Below are positions 28,292 through 42,760 of a DNA stretch of 64,000 nucleotides, piece after piece. Under the pieces are notes generated by a model that did no database searches, was not told the DNA's origin, and saw nothing but the letters and a program-made list of their open reading frames with translations. This DNA is from Eledone cirrhosa (lineage: Eukaryota): positions 303,800,001 through 303,864,000 of the forward strand of contig OZ024742.1 of the NCBI GenBank assembly GCA_964016885.1, given 5' to 3'. The position numbers and the translations under genes were made by a program. Within the stretch, counting starts at the first letter, position 1. Every line of letters starts with the position of its first letter.

Positions 28292-28347
28292 ACTGCCTGA
28301 TGAGGTCATAGCCATTCAATGGCTATCATCGAAATATATATAGCAGT
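28292..28347 (+). ncRNA. Type I HHR in a single-arm insert (28228-28392) related to family F
   Basis: ACTGC-CTGATGA-GGTCATAGCCA.TTCAA.TGGCTATCATC-GAAA-TATATA-TA-GCAGT; stem II covaries with 19801-19855. Confidence 0.9.
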
Positions 28348-28953
28348 AAATAAAGGATTATACGTTCATGCAATTGACTTATGTTTCGTCACTATATATA
28401 TATACATGCATGCATATATACAGGGGAAGTGGAACTGGGGAGGCCTGCTATGGCTTCCCCAATAAATATATTTTTCTCCCCAAACTACCAAAAACACATT
28501 TATTTGTATATGCTCTACAATTTATGTACATGTTATGTTGAGAAAGATGGGAAATATAGTTATAGATACTAGCAGAAAAACCACCTTTCGGTTGGTTTTC
28601 TGCTAGCATGTGTAGTGTGCATATTGATATTATACGCAAGTATATATGCATGTAGATATGATATATAAAATTTAATCGTAATTGACAATATACACAGGAA
28701 TTGAACGAAGACTGTCTTATGTAATCAGTAATGTAATCCATGATACATTAAAAAAAGATGATATTATCTACATTAGGAGAAAATTAGTGACGGAAATATA
28801 TGAATGTTTATTTAAGCGATCGCTAACCGGTAGTGTTGACATTTGAAAATTTTAAAGAAGTGAATCTTAAAATAACCAGCAAAATTATTTATATTTAATC
28901 AAGAATAACGAAATCTAGTAGATAAATTATGTAATATTCGTTCATTATTTATT

Positions 28954-29140
28954 GGTGGTGGATTGGCAGTATCGGTAGAGGGTCGGACGCCATGCTTTCC
29001 AGCATAGTTACGTCCCTTTACGATCTGACTCAAATCCCGCCGAGGTTGACTTTGCCTTTCATCCTGACGGGGTCGATAAAATAAAGTACCAGTGATGCAC
29101 TGGGTAATTGCTGGCCTTGTGTCTAAAGTAGAAACAATTA
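28954..29140 (+). mobile_element. tRNA-derived SINE
   Basis: GGTGGATTGGCAGTATCGGTAG...CTCAAATCCCGCCGAGG...GTCGATAAAATAAAGTACCAG...GTAGAAACAATTA. Confidence 0.85.
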
Positions 29141-29224
29141 TTTATTCAAAGTAATGCAACTTATTTTACAAATGGGATAAACAAACATATATTCTGGACG
29201 CTGCCCTGCACTCCTTACTTTATT

Positions 29225-30160
29225 ATAGTTTAGATAGAGAGGGGGGGGGGGAGTTTGGCAGTGATGGATAGAATGAGATGGAACGAGAGATGTTGTTTGG
29301 TAGCTATAGAGAGGGAGATATTTTGCTGGTGATTGATAAAATGAGGGAGGTTGGGAGAGTTTGTTGTATATTAGATATAGAGAGGGGGAGAGATTGATGT
29401 TTCTTGATTTAGAGAGGGGCATTGGAAGAGAATTCCGTGTGGTAGATATACAGAGGGGGAGAGTTTGGTGCTAATTGATATAGAGAGGTGATATGGAAGA
29501 GAGTACCGTGTAGTAGATATAAAGTGGGGGAGAGTTTGGTGGCAATTGATAAAGAGATGGTAATTGGATGATAGCTCCGTGTAGTAGATATAAAGCGGAG
29601 GAGAGTTTGGGGTTCATTGATATAGAGAGGGGTTATGGAAGAGAGTTCCGTGTAGTAAATATAAGAGTGGGGAAAGTGATGCTAATTGATATAGTGAGTG
29701 GTGTTAGGAGAGTGCGTTGTATATAACATAAATCGAAGGGGAGAGATGGATGTTTATTGATATAGAGATGGGCCTGAGGGAGATTTCAGTGTAGTAGATA
29801 TAGAGAGGGGATTGGAAGAGAGTTCTGTGTAGTAGGTATAGAAAGGGAGAGAGTATCGTAGTGATAGATGAATTAAGAGGGAATTAGAGAGAGTGTTGTA
29901 TGGTATATATAAAGGGGGATAGTTTGGTAATTGATATAGTGAGGGTTGTTAGGAGAGTGTGTTGTATATTAGATATAGGGAGTGGGAGAGATTGATGTTT
30001 ATTGATATAGAGAGGCGGGTTGAGCGAGAGTTCAGTGTAGCAGATATAGAGAGGGGCAGAGTTTGGTGTTAATTGTTATAAAGAGGTGATATGGAAGAGA
30101 ATACCGTGTAGTGGATATAGAGAGGGGGATTGGAAGAGAGTTCCCTGTATTAGATATGGA
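29225..30160. repeat. Degenerate purine-rich minisatellite (~70-bp unit of two ~35-bp subunits)
   Basis: Recurrent TAGATATAGAGAGGGGGAGAGTTTGGTG / ATTGATATAGAGAGG / TGGAAGAGAGTTCCGTGTAG. Confidence 0.85.
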
Positions 30161-30344
30161 GAGCATAATTATAGATACATGTAGATAGTGGTGTTAGAAC
30201 TACCAAACCACACATCTATTTGGATATGCACTATAATGTGTGTACATGTTATGTTTATCGCATATTGATGTTTTCTGAACATTTTAGAGTGCAAAGAGCT
30301 AAAATAATCACTACAAATCTATTGTCCAATTTTTCCCCGCCCCC

Positions 30345-30408
<64 letters not shown>

Positions 30409-30411
<3 letters not shown>

Positions 30412-30819
30412 GGTGGCACTTATTTTTCAACTTTCTATACGTTGAGCCCCCCCCCCCCTCCCACACACACACACACACACCTACCTTGGTCCAATTGACA
30501 ACGCACCGAGCTATGCAAAACTTTAGCTGAAGCGGATAACTGGAAGGCAACTCTCATCGACCGTGAAATTTTGAATTTTGTGTCCGGAAATTCATTTTTT
30601 CAGATAAACATTTTTTTTTATCTTATATAATTTTCTCTTAAATGAAAAACTTGTTCAGACTGATTCTTGGTATTAGAAGGATAAGTGACAATAAATATAA
30701 TGGGGAAGGCAATTTGCAAAGCTGGGAACAGGTATAGGGCAAACACCCTTTTTGCTGTGGGAGCAGCAAAATTTTAAATTTCGGAAAATTATCTATTGCT
30801 AAGGGCTAAGGGCCACCTA
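30409..30819. mobile_element. MITE with TAGGGTGG termini (hAT/hATm-like)
   Basis: 5' TAGGGTGGCACTTA versus 3' TAAGGGCCACC-TA. Internal 30510-30557 is inverted-homologous to 32318-32365. Confidence 0.65.
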
Positions 30820-30860
30820 TCAGTATGTGGTTGGCAGCTGAGAAAAACGAGTACTCAGAA

Positions 30861-30892
<32 letters not shown>

Positions 30893-30927
30893 ACTCAATA
30901 CCAAGTACTCGTTTATCTATATATGTA

Positions 30928-30969
<42 letters not shown>

Positions 30970-31049
30970 CTCTCCTTACTATCCTTGCGTTCATATTTCT
31001 CCTTGCTCCCATTTTCTCATTGTATTTGTATATAAACAAGTACATAGAT

Positions 31050-31615
31050 ACAAGGAAAATAGGAGAGCAAGGACAGCAATGAGAAAAGGAGAGCAAGGAG
31101 AGCAAAGAGAGAAAGGAAAGCAACGAGAAAAGCAGAGCAACGAGAAAAGGAGAGGAAGGCGAGCAATGAGAAAAGGAGAGCAAGGAGAGAAAGGAAAAAA
31201 GGAGAGCAAGGAGAGTAAAGAGAGCAATGAGAAAAGGAGAGCAAGGATAAAAGGAGAGCAAGGAGAGAAAGGAGAAAAGGAGAGCAAAGATAAAAAGAGA
31301 GCAAGGGGAGAAAGGAGAAAAAGAGAGGAAGGAGAGGAAGGAGAGGAAGGAGAGGAAGGAGAGGAAGGAGAGCAATGAGAAAAGGAGAGCAAGGATAAAA
31401 GGAGAGCAAGGAGAAAGGGAGAAAAGGAGAACAATGAGAGAAAGGAGAAAAGGAGAGCAAAGATAAAAAGAGAGCAAGGGGAGAAAAGAGAAAAAGAGAG
31501 CAAAGAGAGGAAGGAGAGAAAGGAGATCAATGATAAAAGGAGAGCAAGGAGGGCAAGGAGAAAGGGAGAGCAAGGAGAGCAAGGAGAAAAGGAGAGCAAG
31601 GAGAGCAAGGAGAGG
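31050..31615. repeat. Purine-strand minisatellite built on GGAGAGCAA/GGAGAGGAA 9-mers
   Basis: Direct inspection; explains ORFs 30917-31635. Confidence 0.9.
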
Positions 31616-32415
31616 TTAAGGCAAATATTGCTCAAATTATGCTGGAAGCAGACAATGGTGAAAAAAAATCAACAGAACAGGTACATTCTTCGCAAAAATG
31701 ACTTTTCTTCCTTTACAAACATCGAGATTTCGTCTTTTGTAACTCCTGGTACAAAAACTTTCTTCACGACATTTCCTCGACAAAGACCCTTCAACATGGA
31801 TGGATGATTCTGGTTACAGAAGTGGACTTGAAAAACTTGAGAAGTCAGTTGTGAATGATGTTGCAGAAAGAGTTGTCAAAGTCATTCAGGATTACAATAA
31901 CATTCTCACAAAAGATGAAACTGAGAAACAATTTGTTTTCCCGAAAACTGTAAAACACACCCAACTGCCACCAAATCGTCTCTTATGCAAAAATAATGTT
32001 CAATATTCAGTGTTCAGTGTTCACATTGTTTTTGATGCTATTGAAATTATAGTTGTAAATAAAAATGCGTTTCTCTTATGCACTTTATTAAGAAAACCTA
32101 ATATTTTTTAAGTTTTTCATGTTATTTCAGGGACTTATCAAATTAACTATTGGTAAATTTGATTCAGAACGTTTTTAAACATTGGCTGGGGTTGCCTGGA
32201 TGTGTCCACATAAATCTCTCTAAGAAGAAAAAAGAAAATGGTCGAGATAAGGGAACAGTATACCGCTTTTGAACAGAATTAATCGTTGCGTATACTATGT
32301 TCCAAATTCAAGGCGTTTGAGGGTCGTCTAACAGTTATCCGATTGAGCTGAAATTTTGCACACCCCGTGTTTTTGCTGATTGAAACAGGATTATTACCTA
32401 TTGCTAAGGGCCACC
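31612..32415 (+). mobile_element. hAT-like (hATm-type) transposase C-terminal remnant plus 3' end
   Basis: FLDKDPSTW...VVNDVAERVVKVIQDYNNILTKDE matches the VNDxAERxVK C-terminal motif. The end CTATTGCTAAGGGCCACC matches the MITE end. Confidence 0.7.
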
Positions 32416-32455
32416 ATCCCGCCTGTCCCCTCAATCTATCTTATTCCTCATTCTT

Positions 32456-32491
32456 TCTTCTGATGAAGGACTAGCGTCCGAAACGTTAAGA
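32456..32491 (+). ncRNA. Minimal type I HHR
   Basis: TCTT-CTGATGA-A-GGAC.TAGC.GTCC-GAAA-CG-TT-AAGA; palindromic ACGT stem III. Confidence 0.85.
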
Positions 32492-33129
32492 CCCTCTTCC
32501 TGCTATTTCAAGCGTTAACCTAATATATCCCTTTCATATACTGTACCGATTGTGTTGTTATTTCTGTTTACCTTTTACACACATATATATATATGTATGT
32601 ATATATATATATATATATTTGAGGGTGGTTCACCGTTCTTTCACAATATACCCATAGTACTTTCCAAATATCACGATAGGTGTGTACATGATCATGAAAC
32701 TCACATTTTTTCGCTGTGTATAATGATGTAAAAATCTATAATTCGACGTACATCGCATTAGCTCTAATTTTTTTCTGAGCTCCCTCATTTGTTTCAGCAC
32801 CAAGTTTATTAATTTATAGACTTGGTTGTCATGGCAGATCTCCTACCCTACATAGATGCCTAATCGAAATCGGCTTCCAGTGTCACATTGAAGACCTCCT
32901 TATTCAGATATCCGTCTCTCTCCCTTAAGTTCCTCTCATAGTACAGCATAATTCTCTTTGTTCAGGATATTTTTAAATTTCAACTCTTCCAGTGCAACGA
33001 AGACGTATAAAAGGCTCGTTGTTGTATTGGTTATATGTGTGTCCTTTTGTGCAGATATTGTAATGATTATTACAATATCTGCACAGTTGAAGAAAGGATC
33101 TGTAAAATGCATGATCAGTTTGAAAGAAA

Positions 33130-33855
33130 TACACAAGATATGAAGACTAAAACAACATCACGGACATGGCTTCAACAAAGTATTTGAAGCGTACCACTAA
33201 ACGCCTTATAACTGCAACAACAAACAAAACAAAACAAGCTCTTGCTAAGAATTCCGTGAAATATTACATCTACAAAACCTTTGAAAACCAGAATTACAGA
33301 CTCTGTGAAAAGAATGTGGAAAATGTAACCTACTTGCTAAGTGGGTGTGAGTTCCTTGCTAAAAAAATTAGAAGCACCGCTATGATAAAGTAAGTTTGTA
33401 CCTTCATTGGCAGTTATGTTGTAAATACCACTACGAAATAATAGAGAATTGGTATGTGCATGTATCTGGGATTATGATTCTCAAACAGACAGAGTATCAC
33501 CGACCCGACATTGCCAGATTCAACGAAAAAGACAAATACTCTCTTATTATAGCCATAGCCATACAAAACAATGGACTTTTGCAAGTAAAGAGGTTTTAAA
33601 AATCACCAATACTCTGAATTGAAAGTGGAAATGGTAAGACTATTTTTAATGCGAGAGAATATTGTGAAAGTGATACTAGTTGTGATCGGGCAGTAGGGTT
33701 AATTCCAACTCCAAGACTACTGGCCAGCCTTGCTAGTCACAGCGTACATTTTAAGGAAAGTATTATCTGTCTGAATTGCTTGCTGTGACTTGCTGATAAT
33801 TAAATACTCCGTTGCATTTTCCATTCAGCGTAATAAATTAATAATAATAATAATC
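33130..33855 (+). mobile_element. Highly degraded RLE-type LINE 3' end with (TAA)n tail
   Basis: RLC...ENVTYLLSGC, YLHWQLC, HRPDI and LIIAIAI in broken frames; (AAT)n at ~33840. Confidence 0.75.
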
Positions 33856-34140
33856 TCATTGAAAGCCCAAGATGAGATGGTAATACATCTAATTAGAAAA
33901 AAATGTCTGTGTTTGGCAAATAAAAGAAAGAGAAATTTTGGGCGTTGGTCTGCATCTAAGTGGTGCGCTAAGGATTAAAGAATGGCAGGTTCATTATAGA
34001 ATTTCATGTAAGAGATATCGCAAACGACGATTGGGTTCATATATATAATTCGGAATAACAGAAAAAAAAGAAGAAAAAAAAGGAAAAACGCAGGTGTAAA
34101 TGTTATAAATATTATTATTTTCAGGCTTAGTGAGAGTGGT

Positions 34141-34180
34141 AGGGGGTGACGTTTCGGGCATAAGCGCTCCATCAGGAGAG
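34141..34180 (-). ncRNA. Degenerate HHR motif
   Basis: Minus strand: CTGATGG-AGCGC.TTAT.GCCC-GAAA-CG-TC. Confidence 0.5.
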
Positions 34181-35526
34181 AGTGTCTGTGTGTGTGTGTG
34201 GGGGGGGGGGGGGGGCTCCGAGAAGGTGTGACGGGGGAGTTAACGAGAAAAATAGAAATAAAAATAAATTGAAAATGGAACATGAAGTGGAAAATAAAGG
34301 CATTAATTACTATGGTAAATTGCAATACAGAAACTATTATTATCTGATGTACCCTCAAAGTGTAACGAAATTTGGAATTGAAATTAGAACTACCCAATAA
34401 TATTCATGTTGGAGATGAAGGGGAAAATATTAATTCGGGTGTGTATCTAGATTGAGATGTTTAGCGATCTCAATCGATATCACAATAGCAATCCCCATTG
34501 CTTTTACGGGTATCTACAACTACAATATCTAATATGTCATAAGAATCCTAAAGATGGTAGGTTTTATATCGGGGAGATCTGGCTGCTATTTCTAATAAGT
34601 CACTTAACCATGTATTAGCTGCATCTCTTTGGTTCATTCTGTTTACTGAATGGTGCTGGTGCCCTTGTTTGTTCAGATATAATTTATCATTTCATAAATA
34701 AACATGTTCTCTTTGAAGAAGACGCTCATTAAACGGTCGATTTATATTTATTACAATTATAATTAACCAATATTTATTTATAATTATCTCAATGAATTAG
34801 TAGAATCTGTTCACTTTGAAAAATGTATTATAAGAGGATGAATATGATATTCTGCTAAAACCAACTCCGATCCCATCCTTCTATATACAAGAAATATCGT
34901 ATAGAAAATAGTTGTTGCAAGCAACTATAATGAATGTTATCTCAAACATTATATATCATCTTGTATAACAATTATATTTGTTCGAAAGGGAGAGCATCAC
35001 CCAAGTTTGAATTCTACCAACTGAAACTTCAAATATGCAGTATTTTGTTGTATAATTTTGCATTAATTTCAGTTTTCATAACGAGATATAAATATTTGAT
35101 ATACTGCTTTTCTGTAAAACTCCTTCATGCTGTGTTTGTTTAGTATCTATCCGTTCCAGGAATCATTTAAAAAAGTATTTTGGAGCAAATTCGCAGAATT
35201 CTAAAAGCGTCGGATAAAAAAAAATCATGCGGTGCTTATTTCGATTACTGAGTTCGAATCATATCGGAAGAAACATTGAGTGTCATCCTCTCGCAGTCAA
35301 CAGGTGAAAAACTAAACCTGAACAGTGGATTGACGGATATGCTGGAACATCAAATGGAATACTTTACATTATCTGTCCCAAATCAGTAATTATTTCGGGT
35401 AGTTCTTAAGTTAGAGCAAGAGTATTCTCATGTCTCGTGCAAACACATACACCCCAACACACACACACTCATATATATATACACATACACGCACACATAT
35501 ATAGTTGTATACATATATATAGTTGT

Positions 35527-35618
<92 letters not shown>

Positions 35619-36358
35619 ATATAATTATATATATATATATATATGCATAAACAACCATACACCTCACTGTAATATACCTATTTATAACAATTGGTAAGAG
35701 GTCTTTATAAGCACATTATTTGTATTAAAAATACTTCACTGTTGAGCATGACAAAACTATAATATTGTTTGCGCATAACACACAAAGCTGCCTCTTTTTT
35801 TAGATATATATCCCGCATCACTTTATTGTTCACATGCTTCTATTCAGCTTTTTCTTACTTTTTTAATACAAATCCTGTGATCTTTGTAATAGTGTCCAGT
35901 ATTTTATACCATTTGTTTTGTTTATGATGAGTTATAGCGTCGTTCCGTTTGTTATCCTTGGTTAGGGATGTGAATTAATTGGTGTTCTAAGCTGAAGACC
36001 GGTAGTGACGTTTGCTCATAACTGCTCTAGGCTATGGAAATACTTCTCTCTTCTGTTGAGTGCTCTCTTTTGCAACAGCCTCCGTTCCTCCATATGCCTC
36101 AGGTTCATTGTCATCTGTATACATCTACACTTCATCCCCGTCAACTACCTTACACCTCTGCTCAGACTCTCACGCTCCACTCTCACCCTGCTTCACTAAC
36201 TTGCACTCCCCTCCCTTTCACAGTCTCCCATTTTCTCTCTGTCCCTCACTCTCTTTCTCGCTCTCTCTCTATCTATCTCTCCCCCTCTCTTTCTAATTCT
36301 CAAATCATCGTCCTTATTCTTACGTAACACCTGATTGCAGCCATTATAAAATTATTCA

Positions 36359-37120
36359 ATGATGGTGATGTCCTATTATAAATATCAGGATTCATTAGTG
36401 CTGATGATGATGGTAGTGGTGGTGGTGGTGGCGGTGGTGGTGATAGTGTATTTGATAGTGTTCATAGTGATGGTAGTGATGGGATCGTTGTTGTTGTGGT
36501 TGATGGTGATGGTAATAGTAGGGTTAGTGGTAGTGGTAGTTGTGGTCGTGGTAGTAGTGGTTGTGATTATTGTATTTGTAGTGGTGGTAATTGTGGCCGT
36601 GATTGTTTAGTTGTGGTAATTGCGACGGTGTTTGTACGGTGGTGGTGACTGCAGTGGTTCTATAGTGGTGGTAATTGTGACAACGGGTGTGTGGTGGTGC
36701 TGACTGCGATGGCAGTTGTATGCTGTAGGTTATGAGGAGGACAGGTGATGATGTGCATGATGCGGTGTCAAGACGGTGTCGAAACGAGGATTGTGTTGGT
36801 GAAAATTATGGTGGTGATTATAGTGACTATTGTGATTATGAAGATAACTTTCTGATGATGATAATGATGATGATGATGATGATGATCATCATCATCATCA
36901 AGTTGATTAAGATATCGAATATGAACACTGTCGACCTTGAAAATAAACAAAAACACTATGATAATAAATAACTAATGTTAATGATCATCATCACCATTAT
37001 CATCGTTATAATGACCATGGTCGTAGTTATGTTAATGACCGTGATGAACATGACGATGATGATGATGAAGATCATAATGATAATAACGAGGGAGATGATA
37101 ATGATCTGGATTATGGTGGT
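36359..37120. repeat. Degenerate (GTG/GAT) trinucleotide low-complexity region
   Basis: Direct inspection. Confidence 0.85.
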
Positions 37121-37966
37121 TCGTTGTCCTCTATTAAAGTTATAGCAATATATGTGTGGGACGCCTATGCGTGTATTCAAAGATATAGAAAAGACGCATG
37201 TAAGCCGTTATTTGTCTACATATATAAATCTAAATACGTGATGGGATCTCCCATCGATATCAACGTATGTGTTTCCAGCAGATATTGCTTAGACAGCTGG
37301 CGGATGACAATGTCAGACGTGACGCTTAAATCCCGCAAAAAGTGAGTGGTAAACGTATGGAATACCATACAGAGGAAATCTTGCGTGGGGTGAGCCGTAC
37401 TTTTTCTAATTTCAAATGATCTATGCACACGTGTGCCACACGATCCGGCAAACACCAGTCCACATGTTGTATTGTCAGAGAGTTTAATCTCTCAGGTACA
37501 ACATCATTGGATTCCTATTGACATATATATATACATATATATATATATAGTAACAGAATAAATAATAACATAGTTGGCTGTACAGTAGGGTTTATTTAAA
37601 GTATTAACAATTTTTTCATTAGTCCGTTTCGTCTAAAAGTCGCTGATCGTTAGAAGCCATGTCACTCGACTTTAATTTAGAATCGATACCCGACCGAATC
37701 GTCAGAATAGCTGGATTGCCTTGTTTAGTTTAATGAGCTACATCGAAAGCTACTTGAACCGTCCAAAGGACTGGTACTTTAGCTAGTCTTATATATATAT
37801 ATATGTGTGTCTGTGTGTGTGTGTGTGTGTGTATGCGCGTGTATGTTGTTTGCGTGTATCTGCGTATGTTTTATGCATGTATGCACGCATATGTATATAT
37901 ATATTTATATGTATGTGTGTGTGTGTGTATGTGTGTGTGTGCAATTTCTTCCCATTATATCCCAAG

Positions 37967-38158
37967 GGCGGTGGATTGGTAGTATCGGTAGTGGGTCTGA
38001 CGCCATGCTTTGACGCATAGAGTTACGGCCCTTGCCATTCTGAGTTCAAATCCCGCTGAGGTTAAATTTGCCCTTCATCCTTACGGTGTCGATAAAATAA
38101 AGTACCAGTAATGCACTGGGATAATTGCTGGCCTTGTGCCAAATGTAGAAACAATTAT
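37967..38158 (+). mobile_element. tRNA-derived SINE
   Basis: Same family as 28954; B-box GAGTTCAAATCC at ~38042. Confidence 0.85.
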
Positions 38159-38324
38159 ATCCCTTTATTCTTTTGCTCTAGACCACTGCTATGATGGGAC
38201 ATGTCTTCATGTAGTTGATCATTTCGTCCCTAGAACTTTTCTACAAGTTATGCCATTTAAGTTTAGCAAAAGGAAGCGGAATCTACATATCAAGCACCTG
38301 AGTAAAGCCGGGTAGCTATAGTTG

Positions 38325-38435
<111 letters not shown>

Positions 38436-41409
38436 TACTTGAATATAAGCGAGGCGACAATTGATGGCGCGGTGAAGACATTGACTATAGCTGTTGTTTG
38501 AGGTTATCGTAATTGTGATGTTCATGGTAGTATTTGTTGTATTACTGGATATGTTGCTTAAGGTTATTTTGGAGAAATTGCGATGCTTTTAAATGATTAT
38601 TTCTGTCTGATATAATTTGGTGTTCATAATGCTATTGGAGGTACACAGTAATTGTGTTTGTATATGCTCTTGGTGTCGTGATGTTGTTATGTGCAGTTTT
38701 ATTTTTACTTTTCTTGTTGCAGTTATTGATGATAGTTACCAATATATGGAATCCTAGTCAAATTCAGTACTGAACTATGTTAAATCATCTTGTTTGCTTT
38801 TCTAAGTTGGGAACGAGGGTTTCTGTGAATTAAATTGATGTTGATGGCGATGATGATGATGATGATGAGGATGAGGATGATGATGATGATGATGAGGATA
38901 ATAATAATAATAATAATAATACTAACAATAACAACAACAACAAGAACAATACGATATTTCTCATTCAACTTTATTAGAATTATTCGTACGCTTAACAGAA
39001 CATTTCTATTTTTGCAGTTATTATAGTCTTTTGGCAAGTTATCTCTAATTATCAGACCTATAATAAAATGAGCAGACACCCTGTTATATTTTCATGCTAA
39101 GTATAGATATGACTAAATTGGCAATTCCATTCTTTTTAAAGCTGTTTTTGTTTTATTTTAGAAAGATTTATTTACAATTTCTAGCAGATTGCTTCACCAA
39201 GTTAGTTGGTCTTTTAATGACCAAAGTTTTGTTTTTCGTTCGGATTAAATGTAGCTGTTGATGAGTAATGCTAGATCAGCTCTAGTTGTGGGTATGTATG
39301 ATACCTGTGTATTTGACCGAACAACTAAGTGTAATCTAGCTATGGATTTACAGCAAAAACATCTAGATGAGGTACATATGTTATAATCTGATATCTACTT
39401 GTTAATCATATATGGTGCTGTGTTCCAGTAATTACGTACATGGTGTTCTCTCTCTATAGACCAGCTTCATTCTTTTTGTTTGTAAATACTGATTGGTGAT
39501 AACAAGGAGACGAGTAAGATAAAATCGGGTGACATCGTCCACGTAACTGTAAGTATTATTGGTGTAGAGACTTCCTGCACAATGTTTTAGGTATTTATTG
39601 TGTTATTTATATGATTTTCTTAGTGTCATGACTTAATAGGAAAGTGTTCGTAGGATGTAAGTGCACGAGCCTCTTCTTAAATTATGTTGCTATTGTAGTG
39701 ATTTCCTGTTACAGCTGATAAGTCAAATCTATGATCAAAGATTTACAGGCATATATAAGTGGTGCTTCTTGGACTACCTGGTATGATATTTCCTTCCTCT
39801 ATTTCAAGGTAAGATGTGGTGTATTTTAGGTATGTTTCTTATTTCTAGAAAAACATGCATCATCTTTAGAGGGTGGTTCTTTCGTTTGTTGTTGTTTTGA
39901 GCGTCACTGTTTGTGATAGTATTAATAATAGATTGGCGGTTACTGTTCAATATGTTTGTGGAACTAGGCATATTTTTATAAAAGAACATGAAAATGATTC
40001 TTTGATATTACATGTGAAAAAATAGAGTCGAAAGTAAAGAACAATTGTATCTTGCACTAAATATAGAATAAAACTACACTGATCTTTTTTATCAATCAAT
40101 GTTATAGAGAATTTGACTACCTAAATCGTGTCAGTTCATATTACATATTTTCAATGATATACAAAATATATTTCAAAAGCAAAATCTATGATATACTGAT
40201 GATTATTTATGTTATCACTACACAGGCTGAAAGGCTTTGCATGTACGTAGGTAAATCGTTTGTCGCCTTGGATAATGGTCGGTAAACGTTTTTAAAAGTG
40301 GGTTGGATTTGGATATCCTTTTATGTCTAGCGACCAAAGGCGAATAAATAATGAAGCCATTACCATACAAGGTACCTTACATATCTTTTTAAAATGAATT
40401 TTATGTTTTATTCTCATGTGTTTCTCATGTATTCAACACTACATTTAATGATGTTCACTAACGATTAAATGTTGTTACGAACATCTTCACGATATCCAAT
40501 AACATCATCTAAACACTCCACGAACCCCATTCCGATAAGGGAAATGCCCGCTCACTCCTTAAACCACATCCTGCTTTGTGGAAACACTTTTCATCAAGGT
40601 TCTTCATGCATTCACAAATACAATGCAAACTTGCGTTTTTTTAGACAGGCATACCACTGGTCACAGAAATTAATAAATGAATGCTTTCTTGATCATATAG
40701 ATGAGCTGGTTCTCATTTGCCTATTTTTGAATTTAATGCTCCTTGGTTTTAGTTGCTATGGTGTACTTGTTGTAAATAAAGCATATATAAAACATGTCCT
40801 ACGCGATTCTTATTAATTTCATCGGTCATTGCACAACCCCAAATCGTTTAATTTCATAGAACTTGTAGCTATTTTTACTTCCAATTGATGCGACCATCTG
40901 TAGCGTATGGACGTCTAAAATAGGGAGCTATGTTCTTTCTCAATTCTCATGTTCACTTCTCCGAAATCCATATCCAGCCATACTTTGATCCTACAGTTTG
41001 CTACATATCCTGAAACTAAAATTGTATTTCAAGTAGATTGAATTTGTAAATTCTTAATCAGTGTTGCATGAATGTATTCTTTCTTTGATACTATTTTTAT
41101 TCCGTTGAAGTCAAGTGGGAAGCATATTTCCCGAACGAGGATAACAGGGAGGCAATGTTTCAATTTCGTTGTTGCATTATTTTTAGGTTCCGGTCAGATT
41201 CCTTTGAGCCTTCGGCCTGAATGAAATCACTTTTATTGATATTACATTTATATGTTAAATCTCACTCTGGATTGCTTTGCCTACCACAGAGAAAGATATT
41301 ATCTGGAAGGCATTGCCTACAATATGATTAATGCCTTCAGCTTAATTCTGAATAGCTTACTTAATTCTGAATAGCTCAAGCTATTTGTCTTTTATACTAG
41401 AGATAGTTG

Positions 41410-41440
<31 letters not shown>

Positions 41441-41443
<3 letters not shown>

Positions 41444-41600
41444 GTTTCATTCGTGAGAAATCATACGGAGCTTCCTGATGATTTCTCACAAATCAAACAG
41501 TTCTAGTCCTGTAGAAGCTCTTCTATATTAAAACATTTATACTCTGCTATGTATTGAGTACCTTATTTACTGTGGTTACCTCCGATTCAACCCGAAATAA

Positions 41601-41603
<3 letters not shown>
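41441..41603 (+). mobile_element. Family D insert with short 5' fold-back and HHR-like core
   Basis: TGTTTCATTCGTGAGAAATCAT pairs with ATGATTTCTCACAAATCAAACA; CTGATGA at ~41475; (TA)n flanks. Confidence 0.8.
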
Positions 41604-41645
<42 letters not shown>

Positions 41646-42721
41646 TTCAAGAGTAACCAATCTTAAAGAAAGAGATGGAGATAGTAGAGGAGATATGAAA
41701 GGAGAGATTGGTGAGTTAGTTAGAAGCCAAAGCGTAAAGGCATGTGCTCAATGTGCAATATGCAGTAGAAAGCAGCTAGGTGGCTGGGTTCATGCATAAG
41801 TTAGGTGCGCAGAGCTGGAAATATTCATTAGTTAAGCAAAACAAGACCACAAACTTCACAAGAAAGACATTATTAAAAGATTGTCAACATATTTTAGTTT
41901 GATGTAGAGAATAATAATAATAATATTAATAATAATAATGTTCGTTTACAATTGTTTCGCTACTCCATATAATATTTCTGGATCAGATGACTATATATCA
42001 TAATTGGTATGGTTCAGTTGAAAATAATTAACATATTTAAAAAACAGAGTGGCTCATCAGAACTTCAAAGAAATATAAATTAAATAATGGGATAATGTGA
42101 CATAATATAATGTTCCATATATTTGTGTTTACTATGGTGTCTTGGTTTCATCAGTTGTCAGCCATAATCAAGCAGTATTCATCTGTCGAGGCTGCATTGT
42201 GTGAGATCTGCCTATGGGTAACAAGATGGCTGCCAAAGGGCATATTTACCTTACTAATTAGAGGGTGGTTTCAGGGGAAGTAACTTCTCGAGAGATCAGA
42301 AATTGTGAGTGTTTATAGTTAAGTGCTAATTTTTAAATTTTTTAATTGAGAGACAATGTAGGGGAGGTAACTTATAATTATCGAGTTGTTCATAGCAATT
42401 TAACTCATTAGCTACATCTCACTCACGTCGGACGGTCTGTACCTTTCGCTCATGAAATCCACCCAGCTTATCGGACAACCATGTTGCTTGTTTTTTTCCT
42501 ATCTTTGGTTTGCTTTTATCCTTCTATGTTGTTTACTTGTCCCCCTCGCTTTACGCGATTTACTGGTCCCAATACCTTTTTTTAGTTATTGCTCCCACCA
42601 ACCTGAGGTATATGATTTTTAATGCGATGAAATATCAATGATGGTTGGAAAATCACCGACGAAGGAGTATTTTTATCATATGTAACCCATGTGCAACCAC
42701 GCAGTATTCTTCTTTCTTCTC

Positions 42722-42760
<39 letters not shown>

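Noticed and set aside
30917-31635. Long Leu/Ser/Phe-rich or Glu/Lys-rich ORFs
   Set aside because: They are products of the purine minisatellite.
40469-41300. Coding-like unique sequence
   Set aside because: No recognisable motif, and the frames I read contain stops; cannot be assigned without a search.
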